DNA from: Kiritimatiellia bacterium | GTDB taxonomy: Bacteria; Verrucomicrobiota; Kiritimatiellia; RFP12; UBA1067 | Direction of reading: 5' to 3' | Length of the DNA stretch: 60,217 nucleotides | Assembly (NCBI GenBank): GCA_045641465.1 | Contig: JAZUGW010000226.1 | Span: 1-60,217 of the forward strand | In this document: positions 9,191 through 18,383 of the stretch, piece by piece | Numbering within the stretch: position 1 is the first letter of the stretch | Layout of the letters: the number at the start of each line of letters is the position of its first letter | Translations under genes and position numbers: made by a program | Notes under the pieces: generated by a model | Seen by the model: only the letters and a program-made list of their open reading frames with translations | The model's database searches: none | What the model was told of the DNA's origin: nothing

Positions 9191-10100
9191 GGGTGGCACT
9201 CCCCAACACGCGGTCGCAGAGGGCGGCGAAGGAGAGGCCGATCTTCTGAGCGGCTTTGGGCACGAGGGAGTGTCCCGTCATCCCAGGCGAGGTGTTCAGC
9301 TCCAGCACGTACATCTTGCCTTCGGGGGTGACGCGGAAATCCACGCGTGTCACGCCTCGGCATCCGGTGGCGTTGAACGCCGCACTTGCGAGGCGCTGCA
9401 TCTCGGGACAGAACGCATCCGTCGGGAAGGGGTAGCGCGTTTCGTTGGAATTGTACTTTTCCTCGTAGCCGTACCACCCGCCCGGGGCACAGATTTCGAC
9501 GACGGGCAGCGCCTCGTTACCGAGCACGCCGACGGTCGTCTCGCGTCCGGGGATGAAGGCTTCGACGAGGGCTTCGCCTTCCCCGCCGAATTTTTCACGG
9601 TCGATGCGCTGCGCGTCGGAGACGGCCTTGGCAAATGCATCCGGCGTCTTCACGAGATAGACGCCCACCGACGAACCGTCGCGTGGCGCCTTGACGACGC
9701 ACGGGTAGCCGACCGGCGAATCCGCGAGCGGCTTCGAAGGCGTGGACACGGCCCAGGGGGCGTTGGGCACGCCGGCGGCGTCGAGCGTCCGCTTGGTTGC
9801 GATCTTGTCCATCGTCACGCGGCTCGCCGCCGCGCCCGGACCCGTATACGGAATGCCGCGCGCATCAAGCGCCGCCTGCACGCCGCCGTTCTCGCCCCAT
9901 CCGCCATGCAGGGTGATGTAGCAGGCGTCGACATCTGCAGGCAGCGCATCGAGATTGTCCGCATTGATGACGACCGGAACGACCTCGTATTTGCCGAGCG
10001 ACTGAAGGGCCTCGACAACGTTCTTGCCGGAAATGAGAGAGACCTCGCGTTCGTTCGAGGTGCCGCCCATCAGGACGGCGACTTTCTTGAAATTATTCAT
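9183..10100 (-). CDS. ddl: D-alanine--D-alanine ligase
   Basis: VAVLMGGTSNEREVSLISG, LHGGWGENG, GSSVGV, RVDFR and LELNTSPGMT; ATG at 10100 below a TG-TATAAT-like -10. Confidence 0.95.
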   Translation of the reverse strand: MNNFKKVAVLMGGTSNEREVSLISGKNVVEALQSLGKYEVVPVVINADNLDALPADVDACYITLHGGWGENGGVQAALDARGIPYTGPGAAASRVTMDKIATKRTLDAAGVPNAPWAVSTPSKPLADSPVGYPCVVKAPRDGSSVGVYLVKTPDAFAKAVSDAQRIDREKFGGEGEALVEAFIPGRETTVGVLGNEALPVVEICAPGGWYGYEEKYNSNETRYPFPTDAFCPEMQRLASAAFNATGCRGVTRVDFRVTPEGKMYVLELNTSPGMTGHSLVPKAAQKIGLSFAALCDRVLGSATHD

Positions 10101-10152
10101 GCTCAAATTATAGCATAATGAGCGGTGGATGTAAGGGGTTAAATGAGAGAAA

Positions 10153-12165
10153 TTAGGGCCAGACGGCAAGACCGCAGACTTCGGGCTCCAGGCGAATGCC
10201 GTGTTTGAAGAAGACGGCCCGGGCCATGAGGCGCGCCAGGGCGAGGAAATCGGAGGCTGTCGCATCGGGACCCGCGACAATGACGTTCGCATGCTCCTGC
10301 CACACGTAGGCGCCGCCGACGCGCAGTGCCTTGGCGCCGGCTTCCTCGAGGAGTCGTCCTGCCGTCAAGGCGATACCGTCATTGACGCCGCTTGACGAGT
10401 TTCCCGAGGGGTTTTTGAAAACGCTGCCCTTGGTGCCCGCCGGGAACTTGCGGCGGCGGGACAGGTAGTCCGCGCACAGGGCGGCAAGTGCCGGCTTGTT
10501 TTCCGGACGCAGCGGGTCGGGAAAGTCCGCCTGGGTGAAATCGAATTCGACGTCCTGGATTTCGCCGGCGATGTCCGAATGCCGGTAGGCGAAGCCGCAG
10601 TCCGCGCGCGTGAGCCATTGTCCGTCGACTTTGACGCGGCGGATGACTTCGGAGATGGAATGTCCGAACACGCCGGCGTTCATCTTCACCCATCCGCCCA
10701 GCGTACCGGGGATGCCGGCCATCCAGGGGATGCCGAGCGTCGCACCTGGTGCCGCCGCCGGACCCGTGGTGCGTACGAAACGTTCGTCCGTCGCCAGGTC
10801 GCTGCGCCAGGTATTGGTGCCGGCGCCCAGAAGGCGCGTGACGGGCGGCGTCGGGGTGGCGTCGCGCTCGTCGAGATCGGACTGCACACGCGGCAGCAAC
10901 TGGATGATGTCGCCTGCACCGGCGAGCAGAATCAAGTCGCCGGGTTCGCGGGTCAGATAGACATGCCGCCAGGCTTCCAGCGCCGAACGCGCCAGTTTGA
11001 CGGTGGGGCGGTGCGCGGCGTCGTCGGACGGGACGTACTCGCGGAAGGCCTTGTAGAGATCTGCGATGTCGCCGCCGGGAAGGGGGTGCTCGAATGCGGC
11101 GTAGACGGGAATGAGGATCACTTCGTCCGCGGCGGCGAAGGCGGGCGGAAACTGCGGACAGAGCGCCCGCGTGCGCGTGTAGCGGTGCGGCTGGAACAGC
11201 ACACGCAGACGGCGCGGCTGCAGGTTCGCGGCCATGGCGACGGCGCAGGCCAGTTCGCGCGGATGGTGCGCGTAGTCGGTAATGACCGTAAAAGAGGCAG
11301 AGAGTCGGGCGTGGTTCGGCGCGGTCTCGTCGGGACGTGGCCAGATGCGTTGGAAACGACGGTCGGGAAGTTCCGAAAGGACCTCCGGCAGCACGGTGCG
11401 GATTTCATCCGGGGTGTGTCCAAGACGCAACGCCACTTCGATCGCCGCGCGCGCGTTGACGACATTGTGCGCGCCGTTGACGAGCGTGGGAAGCTCGGGG
11501 TAGTCGGAGGCGTCGAGTTCCCAGGCCTTGACGACCTGCGCGGCCTGGGACATCGCCTTTTCATAGCACGCGCGATAGGCGGCCTCGGTGGGGAAGTGCT
11601 CAGGATGGTCGTAGTCCATGTTCATGACGACGAGAATCTGCGCACGGTAGAGTGCGAGCGTGCCGTCCGATTCGTCCGCCTCGACGACGAGACGCGGCGT
11701 CGGCGCCGCATCGGGGTTCCCGGCGACGGGAAGGGCGCCGGTTTCGCCGCCGATGCACCAGGCGGGCGCATCGCCGAGCGCTGTCAGCAGCTTGGTGGTG
11801 AACGTCGAGGTCGTGGTTTTGCCATGCGTGCCGCAGATGGCGATGCCGAACGTGTCGTTCACGAGATCGGCGAGCACTTCGCCGCGAAAGCGCACGGTGA
11901 GCGCCTGTCGGGCGGCCAGGTCCTCGGCACGCGCGCGTTCCGGTGCGTCCTTGGGAACGGCGGGCGTGATGATCAGCTCGTCGATGCCGTCCAGATGGGA
12001 CGGGTCGTGTCCGACGGACACGGGAATGCCGTTGGCCTCGAGCCAGCGGGTCCGGGGCGTGGCATACTTGTCACAGCCGGAAACGTCGTATCCGGCTTTT
12101 TTCAAAAGAAAAGCGACGCCGGCCATGCCGACGCCGCCTATGCCCATGAAGTGGATCTTTTTCAC
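10153..12165 (-). CDS. murC: Fused UDP-N-acetylmuramate--L-alanine ligase / UDP-N-acetylenolpyruvoylglucosamine reductase (MurC-MurB)
   Basis: MurC motifs IHFMGIGGVGM, GTHGKTTT, EADESDG, DYAHHP, FQPHRYTR, followed in frame by MurB motifs GIPGTLGGWVKMNAG, FAYRHS, GSVFKNP, HANVIV, LEPEV. Confidence 0.92.
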   Translation of the reverse strand: MKKIHFMGIGGVGMAGVAFLLKKAGYDVSGCDKYATPRTRWLEANGIPVSVGHDPSHLDGIDELIITPAVPKDAPERARAEDLAARQALTVRFRGEVLADLVNDTFGIAICGTHGKTTTSTFTTKLLTALGDAPAWCIGGETGALPVAGNPDAAPTPRLVVEADESDGTLALYRAQILVVMNMDYDHPEHFPTEAAYRACYEKAMSQAAQVVKAWELDASDYPELPTLVNGAHNVVNARAAIEVALRLGHTPDEIRTVLPEVLSELPDRRFQRIWPRPDETAPNHARLSASFTVITDYAHHPRELACAVAMAANLQPRRLRVLFQPHRYTRTRALCPQFPPAFAAADEVILIPVYAAFEHPLPGGDIADLYKAFREYVPSDDAAHRPTVKLARSALEAWRHVYLTREPGDLILLAGAGDIIQLLPRVQSDLDERDATPTPPVTRLLGAGTNTWRSDLATDERFVRTTGPAAAPGATLGIPWMAGIPGTLGGWVKMNAGVFGHSISEVIRRVKVDGQWLTRADCGFAYRHSDIAGEIQDVEFDFTQADFPDPLRPENKPALAALCADYLSRRRKFPAGTKGSVFKNPSGNSSSGVNDGIALTAGRLLEEAGAKALRVGGAYVWQEHANVIVAGPDATASDFLALARLMARAVFFKHGIRLEPEVCGLAVWP

Positions 12166-12527
12166 TTGAGCAGAATCGACTGTGCGCGTTTCACGAACTG
12201 GACGGGGATGCCGAACGGATCGCGAAGCATCGCCATGTCGAAACCTTCACGATGGATGGTTTCAACCAGCGTGGCACCGGCGGCCACCAGACGGGCGGCG
12301 TCGGCTTCCGTATCTTCGCTCGTGAAGGCGATGTGCACCGTGTTCGGATTCACCGTGGTGAAGTCCGTGATCGGTGCGGCGTCGTTCCGGTAGAACTCGA
12401 TCGCCATGCGGCCGCTCGAGTCGACGATGAAGACGGGGTGGGTCTGCGTGAACCCGAGGTTCTCGCACCACCACGCCATCACCTTCTGCGGCTCGGCGAC
12501 ATTCAGACCGATGTGCTCGAGTACCAT
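12162..12527 (-). CDS. VOC / glyoxalase family protein
   Basis: MVLEHIGLNV...HIAF...LVAAGA...MLRDPFGIPVQFV; ATG at 12527 directly after the yebC stop. Confidence 0.8.
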   Translation of the reverse strand: MVLEHIGLNVAEPQKVMAWWCENLGFTQTHPVFIVDSSGRMAIEFYRNDAAPITDFTTVNPNTVHIAFTSEDTEADAARLVAAGATLVETIHREGFDMAMLRDPFGIPVQFVKRAQSILLK

Positions 12528-12532
12528 GGCGC

Positions 12533-13297
12533 TTAGCCCTCGGCCGCAAGCGCGGCGTCGACTTCGTCGGACGTTTCCATGTTCGTGTACACGTCCTGCG
12601 TATCCTCGAGGTCTTCGAGCATGTCCACGAACTTGTTGATGGCCTTGGCGACCGCGAGGTCGTTCACCGGCGCCGTCATGTTCGGCACGAGACCGACCGA
12701 GGAATTCTCTTCGTCGATCGCGATGCCCGCCGCCTTGATGGCTTCGGAGACCGTCACGAAGTCGCCCGGCTGGCACTTGACCGTGAAGCCGCCGTCTTCG
12801 CCGATGACGTCTTCCGCGCCCGCTTCAAGCGCGACTTCCATCACCTTGTCTTCGTCGAGGCCGTCGGCCGCCGGAATCATGACCTGGCCGAGCTTGTCGA
12901 AAAGACGCGAGGCGGAACCGGGCTTCGCCAGTTCGATGCCGTTCTTCTTGAAGACGTTGCTCACTTCGGCCGCCGCGCGGTTCTTGTTGTCCGTCAGGAC
13001 CGTGACGACGATCGCCACGCTGCCCTTGATGCCTTCATACTGCGCGTCCACGAGCGCGGCCGATTCGAGTTCGCCCGTGCCTTTCTTGATGGCGCGTTCG
13101 ATGTTGTCGTTCGGCATCTGGGCCGCCTTGGCCTTCGCGATGAGCGTGCGGAGGGTGGGGTTGGTGTTCGGATCGCCACCCTTCGCCTTCACGACGATGG
13201 TGATTTCCTTGCCGAGCTTCGAGAAGATTTTGCCTTTCTTGGCATCGGCCGCGCCTTTCGCGCGCTTGATTGTGGCCCAGTGGCTGTGACCTGACAT
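12533..13297 (-). CDS. yebC: YebC/PmpR family protein
   Basis: MSGHSHWATIKRAKGAADAKKGKIFSK, GGDPNTNPTLR, LTDNKNR and DTQDVYTN. Confidence 0.95.
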   Translation of the reverse strand: MSGHSHWATIKRAKGAADAKKGKIFSKLGKEITIVVKAKGGDPNTNPTLRTLIAKAKAAQMPNDNIERAIKKGTGELESAALVDAQYEGIKGSVAIVVTVLTDNKNRAAAEVSNVFKKNGIELAKPGSASRLFDKLGQVMIPAADGLDEDKVMEVALEAGAEDVIGEDGGFTVKCQPGDFVTVSEAIKAAGIAIDEENSSVGLVPNMTAPVNDLAVAKAINKFVDMLEDLEDTQDVYTNMETSDEVDAALAAEG

Positions 13298-13522
13298 TGG
13301 ATAGTCTCCTTTGGTTTTGAAAATTGAATTATCATAGTTTAGCAGATTTGGCGCGATTTGGCAACTGACTTTTTAGATTGAACACCGTGTTGTGAAGCTT
13401 TTCGTGTGAGCTTGGAAGATTTCATTTCGCTTGAATGTCTAATCTTCGTGACAGACGAGCCTAAGAATGGTATAATAAAAGGAACATTTTTTTCGGAGCA
13501 AAAGTAAGGAGATTGAGAGGTT

Positions 13523-13840
13523 ATGGCAAAAGAAGGCGACAGTGGGTCGGCTGCTGGCGGTGGAGAGGAGCGGCACCCGTACGAGGTCACCTATTTGCGG
13601 GAAGACGGGAACGAAGTGACCGAGGTCATCTGGGGGGCGAACCACGATGAGGCGGTCAAAGTGGCCGAGAAGCATGGTCTCGACATTCTGTTCCGGGTCA
13701 GACGTGAGACGGCGGAGGAGTATCGGCGCAAGAATGGCGGGGAACGTCATTCGGTGCTGCTTCCCTTTGTGGTGGCTGCGGTCTTGCTGGTCGGCATTGT
13801 CGGATTGATCCTCTGGCGTCGCGGGTTGCTGCATTTTTAG
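13523..13840 (+). CDS. Hypothetical protein with a C-terminal TM helix
   Basis: ORF with GAGG RBS and upstream TATAAT; hydrophobic C-terminal segment. Confidence 0.6.
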   Translation: MAKEGDSGSAAGGGEERHPYEVTYLREDGNEVTEVIWGANHDEAVKVAEKHGLDILFRVRRETAEEYRRKNGGERHSVLLPFVVAAVLLVGIVGLILWRRGLLHF

Positions 13841-13893
13841 AATCTTCTCCGATTCTCTGACACGCTCAGCCGATTTATGGTATACTGTGGGCC

Positions 13894-14400
13894 ATGGAAT
13901 TCATTCGCAGATTTCTTTCGCATGATGCGGGGCCGCTCGCCCAGTTCGTCAAGTATGGCGCCATCGGCGTCTTGACGACGCTGGTGCAGCTGTCCGTATT
14001 CTCGTTGCTGGCGGCCACCTGGCTCAAGTGTCTGACGCCGGACGACTTGGCAGTCAAGCTGCTCGGTCTGCCGTCCGCGACGTTTTCGGGGGCAGAGCCC
14101 TGGTATGCGGCGCGGTGGTTCCTCGCGGCCGTGGCGACGGCGGTGGGCTTTACGATCTCCAATGTCATTTGCTGGATATTGAACCGCACGTTCGTGTTCC
14201 GTCCCGGCAAGTTCCGCTGGTTCGTCGAACTGGGGATGTTCTTCGGGGCGGCGGCTTCGGCCACGGTGATTGCGCTGGGCGTGCAGAGCGTGTTGATCAA
14301 GTACGCGGGAATGATGACCTCGACGGCCGTGGTGCTGGAGGTGGTCGTTTCGTTCGTCATCAACTTCGTCGTGCGTAAGTTTTTTATCTTCAAAGGCTGA
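13894..14400 (+). CDS. GtrA family membrane protein
   Basis: QFVKYGAIGVLTTLV, LNRTFVF and INFVVRKFFIFK pattern; 4 TM segments. Confidence 0.85.
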   Translation: MEFIRRFLSHDAGPLAQFVKYGAIGVLTTLVQLSVFSLLAATWLKCLTPDDLAVKLLGLPSATFSGAEPWYAARWFLAAVATAVGFTISNVICWILNRTFVFRPGKFRWFVELGMFFGAAASATVIALGVQSVLIKYAGMMTSTAVVLEVVVSFVINFVVRKFFIFKG

Positions 14401-14418
14401 AGAGGAAGGATTCCGATT

Positions 14419-14823
14419 ATGAAGAACGATTGCGTTTTCTGTGCGATTGCCGCAGGCGAGATTCCGAGTTTCAAGGTGTATGAGGATGATCTCGTCTTGG
14501 CGTATTTGGACATCAATCCGTGCTCGAAGGGCCATACGCTGGTCATTCCGAAGGCGCATACGACGGGGCTGTTGGACACGTCCGACGAGATGCTCGCCGC
14601 CCTGCTGGCGCGCGTGAAGAAGGTCGCGGCACGTCTGAAGGAGGTCTTGTCGTGCGACGGCTTCAACATCCTGCAGAACAACGGTGCGGCGGCGGGACAG
14701 AGCGTCTTCCACATCCATTTCCATATTGTGCCGCGTTATGAGGGCGGCAAGGCCTTGTCGTTCACGAGCACCGCGGGCGACATGGAAGAGCTGAAGGCGT
14801 TGGCGGAGCGTCTGCGTTTTTAA
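14419..14823 (+). CDS. HIT family nucleotide hydrolase
   Basis: DCVFCAI...GHTLVIPK...AGQSVFHIHFHIVPR (histidine triad). Confidence 0.93.
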   Translation: MKNDCVFCAIAAGEIPSFKVYEDDLVLAYLDINPCSKGHTLVIPKAHTTGLLDTSDEMLAALLARVKKVAARLKEVLSCDGFNILQNNGAAAGQSVFHIHFHIVPRYEGGKALSFTSTAGDMEELKALAERLRF

Positions 14824-14837
14824 TTGGACGACTGAAG

Positions 14838-15203
14838 ATGGACGTTCCTGAAATCGTGTACGATGCGGAGGACTATTCCGACATCCTCCGCAAGGATTCC
14901 CGCTACGATAGCCGCGCGTACGACTTCGTGTTGCGCGTCATCTCCGAGGCGAGCGAGACGGCGAAGGGCCATGTGTCGGGACAGGAACTGCTCGGCTTCT
15001 TTCGCGACCTCGCGCTGGACGCGTTCGGTCCGCTGGCTTTCACGGTGCTGGACGACTGGGGCGTGCATGCGTGCGAGGATGTGGGTGAGATCGTCTTCAA
15101 TCTGCTGGACTCCAAGCGCATCAGCAAAACGCCGAACGATTCGCGGGACGATTTCATCGGCGGCTTCGACTTCCGCCAGGAGTTCCTTGAACCCTACGCC
15201 TGA
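14838..15203 (+). CDS. Planctomycetes/Verrucomicrobia-type conserved small protein
   Basis: DSRY...AYDFV...HVSGQEL...FGPLAFTVLDDWGV...DVGEIVFNL...DF pattern recognised from this PVC-type family. Confidence 0.7.
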   Translation: MDVPEIVYDAEDYSDILRKDSRYDSRAYDFVLRVISEASETAKGHVSGQELLGFFRDLALDAFGPLAFTVLDDWGVHACEDVGEIVFNLLDSKRISKTPNDSRDDFIGGFDFRQEFLEPYA

Positions 15204-15217
15204 GGAAGAAGGGTTTC

Positions 15218-16150
15218 ATGCGTTTCGCGCTTTCCACCAATTGGAACAACGGACGGCTTTCGGATGGTTCCGAAATCGTCGACGAGGCGCTGGCGCTTGG
15301 ATTCGATGCGCTTGAGCTTGGCTTCCGTACGACGCCCGAGCAGCTGGCGGGCTTTAAGCGCCGTCTCGATGTCATGCCCGTCGACTCGGTGCACGCGTAT
15401 TGTCCCGTGCCCGTGGGCGCGCCGAGCGGACATCCCGAGCTGCACCAGCTCGCGGATCCCGACGAGGACGAACGTGCGCTGGCGCGTCTCCTGTTGAAGA
15501 AGACGTTCGCGTGCGCGCAGGAGCTTGGTGCGAAGGTGGTGGTGACGCATGCGGGTTATGTGAAACTGGACGGCTGGTTCGTCAATCGGGGGTCCGAGGT
15601 GCTGCAGCAGCTGATTCTCGGCAAGGACGGTCAGCCGGATCCGAAGAACCCGCGTCACGCGAAGTTCCTTGCGAAGGCGCGCAAGCGCCGAAACCAACGC
15701 GGCGTGAAGCTGCGCGAGACGTTTCGACGCGAACTCGACCTCGTGTTGCCGGATCTCGAGAAGGCGGGCTTGACGCTCGCCCTCGAGAACCTGCCGAGTC
15801 TCGAGGGTTTCCCCAATGCGGACGAAGCCGAAATCCTCATGAAGGACCTCAAAGGCGCGCCGGTGAAGCTCTGGTTCGATACGGGCCATGCTCGCGTACG
15901 CGAATGCCACGGGTGGAGCGAGCCCGCCACGGACATTGCGGCGCGCGTGGGCGAACATGTGTGCGGCATGCATCTCAACGATGTCGAAGACTACCACGAC
16001 GACCACCGCCAGCCGGGCTGGGGGAAGGTCGATTTCGCCGCGCTCGCGTCCTTGGCGCGCCGCGACATCCTGCACGTCTTCGAACCGCACCGCCCCGTCA
16101 CATTCGACGAACTCAAAACCTCTCTTTCGTTCATCCGCAAAATGTGGTAG
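15218..16150 (+). CDS. Sugar phosphate isomerase/epimerase (AP endonuclease 2 TIM barrel)
   Basis: GFDALEL, VVTHAG, LALENLP, WFDTGHA, GMHLND and HxxPGxGxVDF metal-binding motifs. Confidence 0.85.
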   Translation: MRFALSTNWNNGRLSDGSEIVDEALALGFDALELGFRTTPEQLAGFKRRLDVMPVDSVHAYCPVPVGAPSGHPELHQLADPDEDERALARLLLKKTFACAQELGAKVVVTHAGYVKLDGWFVNRGSEVLQQLILGKDGQPDPKNPRHAKFLAKARKRRNQRGVKLRETFRRELDLVLPDLEKAGLTLALENLPSLEGFPNADEAEILMKDLKGAPVKLWFDTGHARVRECHGWSEPATDIAARVGEHVCGMHLNDVEDYHDDHRQPGWGKVDFAALASLARRDILHVFEPHRPVTFDELKTSLSFIRKMW

Positions 16151-16162
16151 AATATTCCCGTC

Positions 16163-16285
16163 TTCAACTTATCATCCCTACCCACCTCCACCCCCCCACT
16201 AATTCAAACTTCAACCTTCAATCACTAACCCTTCACCCTTCACCCTTTAATCTTTCCTTCACCCTTTAACCTTTAACTCTAACTC
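16163..16285. repeat. Degenerate pyrimidine-rich heptamer tandem repeats (acccttc / accttta type)
   Basis: aacccttcacccttcaccctttaatctttccttcaccctttaacctttaactctaact filling the intergenic space. Confidence 0.75.
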
Positions 16286-16981
16286 ATGATCACCGATGTG
16301 TCCATCCTGATTCCGGCCTATCAGCCGGACGAGAAGCTCGCGGCGCTCGTGGCGCGCCTGCGGGACGAGTTCGCCCATGTCGTGATCGTGGATGACGGGT
16401 CGACGGAAGGGCGTGACGTGTTCGACGCGATTCGTCCGCAGGTGGATGTCGTCGTCGCGCACGAGGTCAATCGTGGGAAGGGGGCCGCGCTCAAGACAGG
16501 TTTCGCCTGGATTCGCGACCATCAGCCGGATGTGTGCGGCGTGGTGACGGCCGATGCCGACGGGCAGCACACGGTTGAAGACATCCGCCGTGTGGCCGAG
16601 GCGGTGAAGACGCATCCGGGGGGACTCGTCCTCGGCGTGCGCCATTTCGGTCTGAAGGTGCCGTTCCGCAGCCGGTTCGGCAACCACTGGACGAGCTGTT
16701 TCTTCTGGCTGTTGACGGGCCTTGCGATCAAGGATACGCAGACGGGCCTTCGCGGCATTCCGCGCGGCCTGCTCGACCGCGTGCTGGCGCTCAAGGGCGA
16801 CCGCTACGAGTACGAGATGCGCATGCTCGTCGACGCGCGCCTCCATGAGCAGAAGCCGTTGCAGATCCCGATCGAGACGGTCTACATTGACGGCAACAAG
16901 TCGTCGCATTTCCATCCCCTGCGCGACACGATCCTGACCCAGCGAGCGCTCCTCAGCGCCCGTTTCGGACGCGAACGCTGA
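16286..16981 (+). CDS. Glycosyltransferase family 2 (DPM/GtrB-like)
   Basis: ILIPAY, IVDDGS, NRGKGAALKTG, TADADGQH and DTQTGLR. Confidence 0.9.
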   Translation: MITDVSILIPAYQPDEKLAALVARLRDEFAHVVIVDDGSTEGRDVFDAIRPQVDVVVAHEVNRGKGAALKTGFAWIRDHQPDVCGVVTADADGQHTVEDIRRVAEAVKTHPGGLVLGVRHFGLKVPFRSRFGNHWTSCFFWLLTGLAIKDTQTGLRGIPRGLLDRVLALKGDRYEYEMRMLVDARLHEQKPLQIPIETVYIDGNKSSHFHPLRDTILTQRALLSARFGRER

Positions 16982-17024
16982 AACGGTCGGAATGCCGGGA
17001 AGTCGAAAAGTTTCGGGATACTCG

Positions 17025-17060
17025 AACTTTTCAACTTTTCAACTCTTCAACTGTTCAACT
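17025..17060. repeat. Octamer tandem repeat aact(t/c/g)ttc
   Basis: aacttttc aacttttc aactcttc aactgttc aact directly upstream of a TGCTATAAT extended -10. Confidence 0.7.
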
Positions 17061-17082
17061 ATTTGCTATAATATCCATCCTT

Positions 17083-18357
17083 ATGAACACATTGGCTAAA
17101 CAGTTGAACCAGACGCTCGGCCCGGTGGCGGATTTGCTCTCCCCGGTTGGCAAGCGCCTCTATTTCCCTTACGGGGGTATCCTCGGTCAAGGTGCCGAGG
17201 CCAAGGCGTGCGCGATCAATGCAACGATCGGCATGGCGTTCGAAGAGGATGGAATGCCTCTCGTGATGGACTGCTTTGCGGAACAGCTCAATCTGCCGCG
17301 CAAGGCGTTCCTCTATGCGGGCAGTTTCGGTAATCCGACGCTGCGCGAAACGTGGAAGAAGCTGCAGGTCAAGAAGAACCCGTCCTTGAAGGGCGTCCTC
17401 TACTCGAACCCCGTGGTCACGAATGCGCTCACGCACGGGCTGCGCGTGACGGCCGAGCTCTTTGCGGGGCGGGGCGATACGGTGGTGGCGCCGGACCTCT
17501 TCTGGGACAACTACGCGCTCATTTTCGGTGAAGCCTGCGGGGCGAACCTCACGACGTTCAACACGTTCAAGGACGGTTGCTTCGATACGGCGGCGCTTCA
17601 GCAGGCGCTGACGGGTGCGGGTGAAAAGAAGATTCTCATTCTGAATTTCCCGAACAATCCGACGGGCTATACGGCGACGCTCGAGGACGCGGCGAAGATC
17701 GTCGCGGCCGTGAAGGCGGCCGCCGACGCGGGCAAGAAGATCATCGTGGTGCTGGACGACGCCTACTTCGGACTCGTCTATGAAAAGGGCATTCACGGCG
17801 AATCGCTCTTTGCGGACTTTGCGACGCTGCACGAGAACGTGCTCGCGATCAAGCTCGACGGCTGCACGAAGGAAGACTACGTGTGGGGCCTGCGCGTGGG
17901 CTTCATCGCCTTCGGCTTCAAGGGCGCGACGCCCGAGCAGCTCAAGGCGCTCGAGGCGAAGGCGGCGGGCGATGTGCGCAGTGCCGTGTCGAATATTACG
18001 TCCGTCGGCCAGAACATGGCCCTCGCGGCGTTGCAGAACAAGGCCTACGCGCGCCAGAAGCGCGAGAAGTACGCCGTGCTGAAGAAGCGCTATGCGACGA
18101 TTCGCAAGATCCTCAAGCAGCATCCCGAGTATGCGGACGCATTCGAGGTGATGCCGTTCAACAGCGGCTACTTCATGTGCGTGAAGCCGATCGGCGTCGC
18201 GGCCGAGCAGGTGCGCAAGCACCTCATCGAGAAGTATTCCACGGGAACGATCGTGCTCTCGGGCCTGATCCGCCTCGCGTTCTCCACGGTTGCGTGCGAC
18301 AAGCTGCCGACGCTCTTCGCGAATGTCGCGGCGGCGATCAAGGATCTGCAGAAATAA
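17083..18357 (+). CDS. Class I/II PLP-dependent aminotransferase
   Basis: NATIG, LNFPNNPTGY, DDAYFG, DGCTKEDYVWGLRVGF (PLP lysine) and IRLAFS. Confidence 0.88.
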   Translation: MNTLAKQLNQTLGPVADLLSPVGKRLYFPYGGILGQGAEAKACAINATIGMAFEEDGMPLVMDCFAEQLNLPRKAFLYAGSFGNPTLRETWKKLQVKKNPSLKGVLYSNPVVTNALTHGLRVTAELFAGRGDTVVAPDLFWDNYALIFGEACGANLTTFNTFKDGCFDTAALQQALTGAGEKKILILNFPNNPTGYTATLEDAAKIVAAVKAAADAGKKIIVVLDDAYFGLVYEKGIHGESLFADFATLHENVLAIKLDGCTKEDYVWGLRVGFIAFGFKGATPEQLKALEAKAAGDVRSAVSNITSVGQNMALAALQNKAYARQKREKYAVLKKRYATIRKILKQHPEYADAFEVMPFNSGYFMCVKPIGVAAEQVRKHLIEKYSTGTIVLSGLIRLAFSTVACDKLPTLFANVAAAIKDLQK

Positions 18358-18383
18358 GATTTCAATCAAACTAGGAAAGACGA

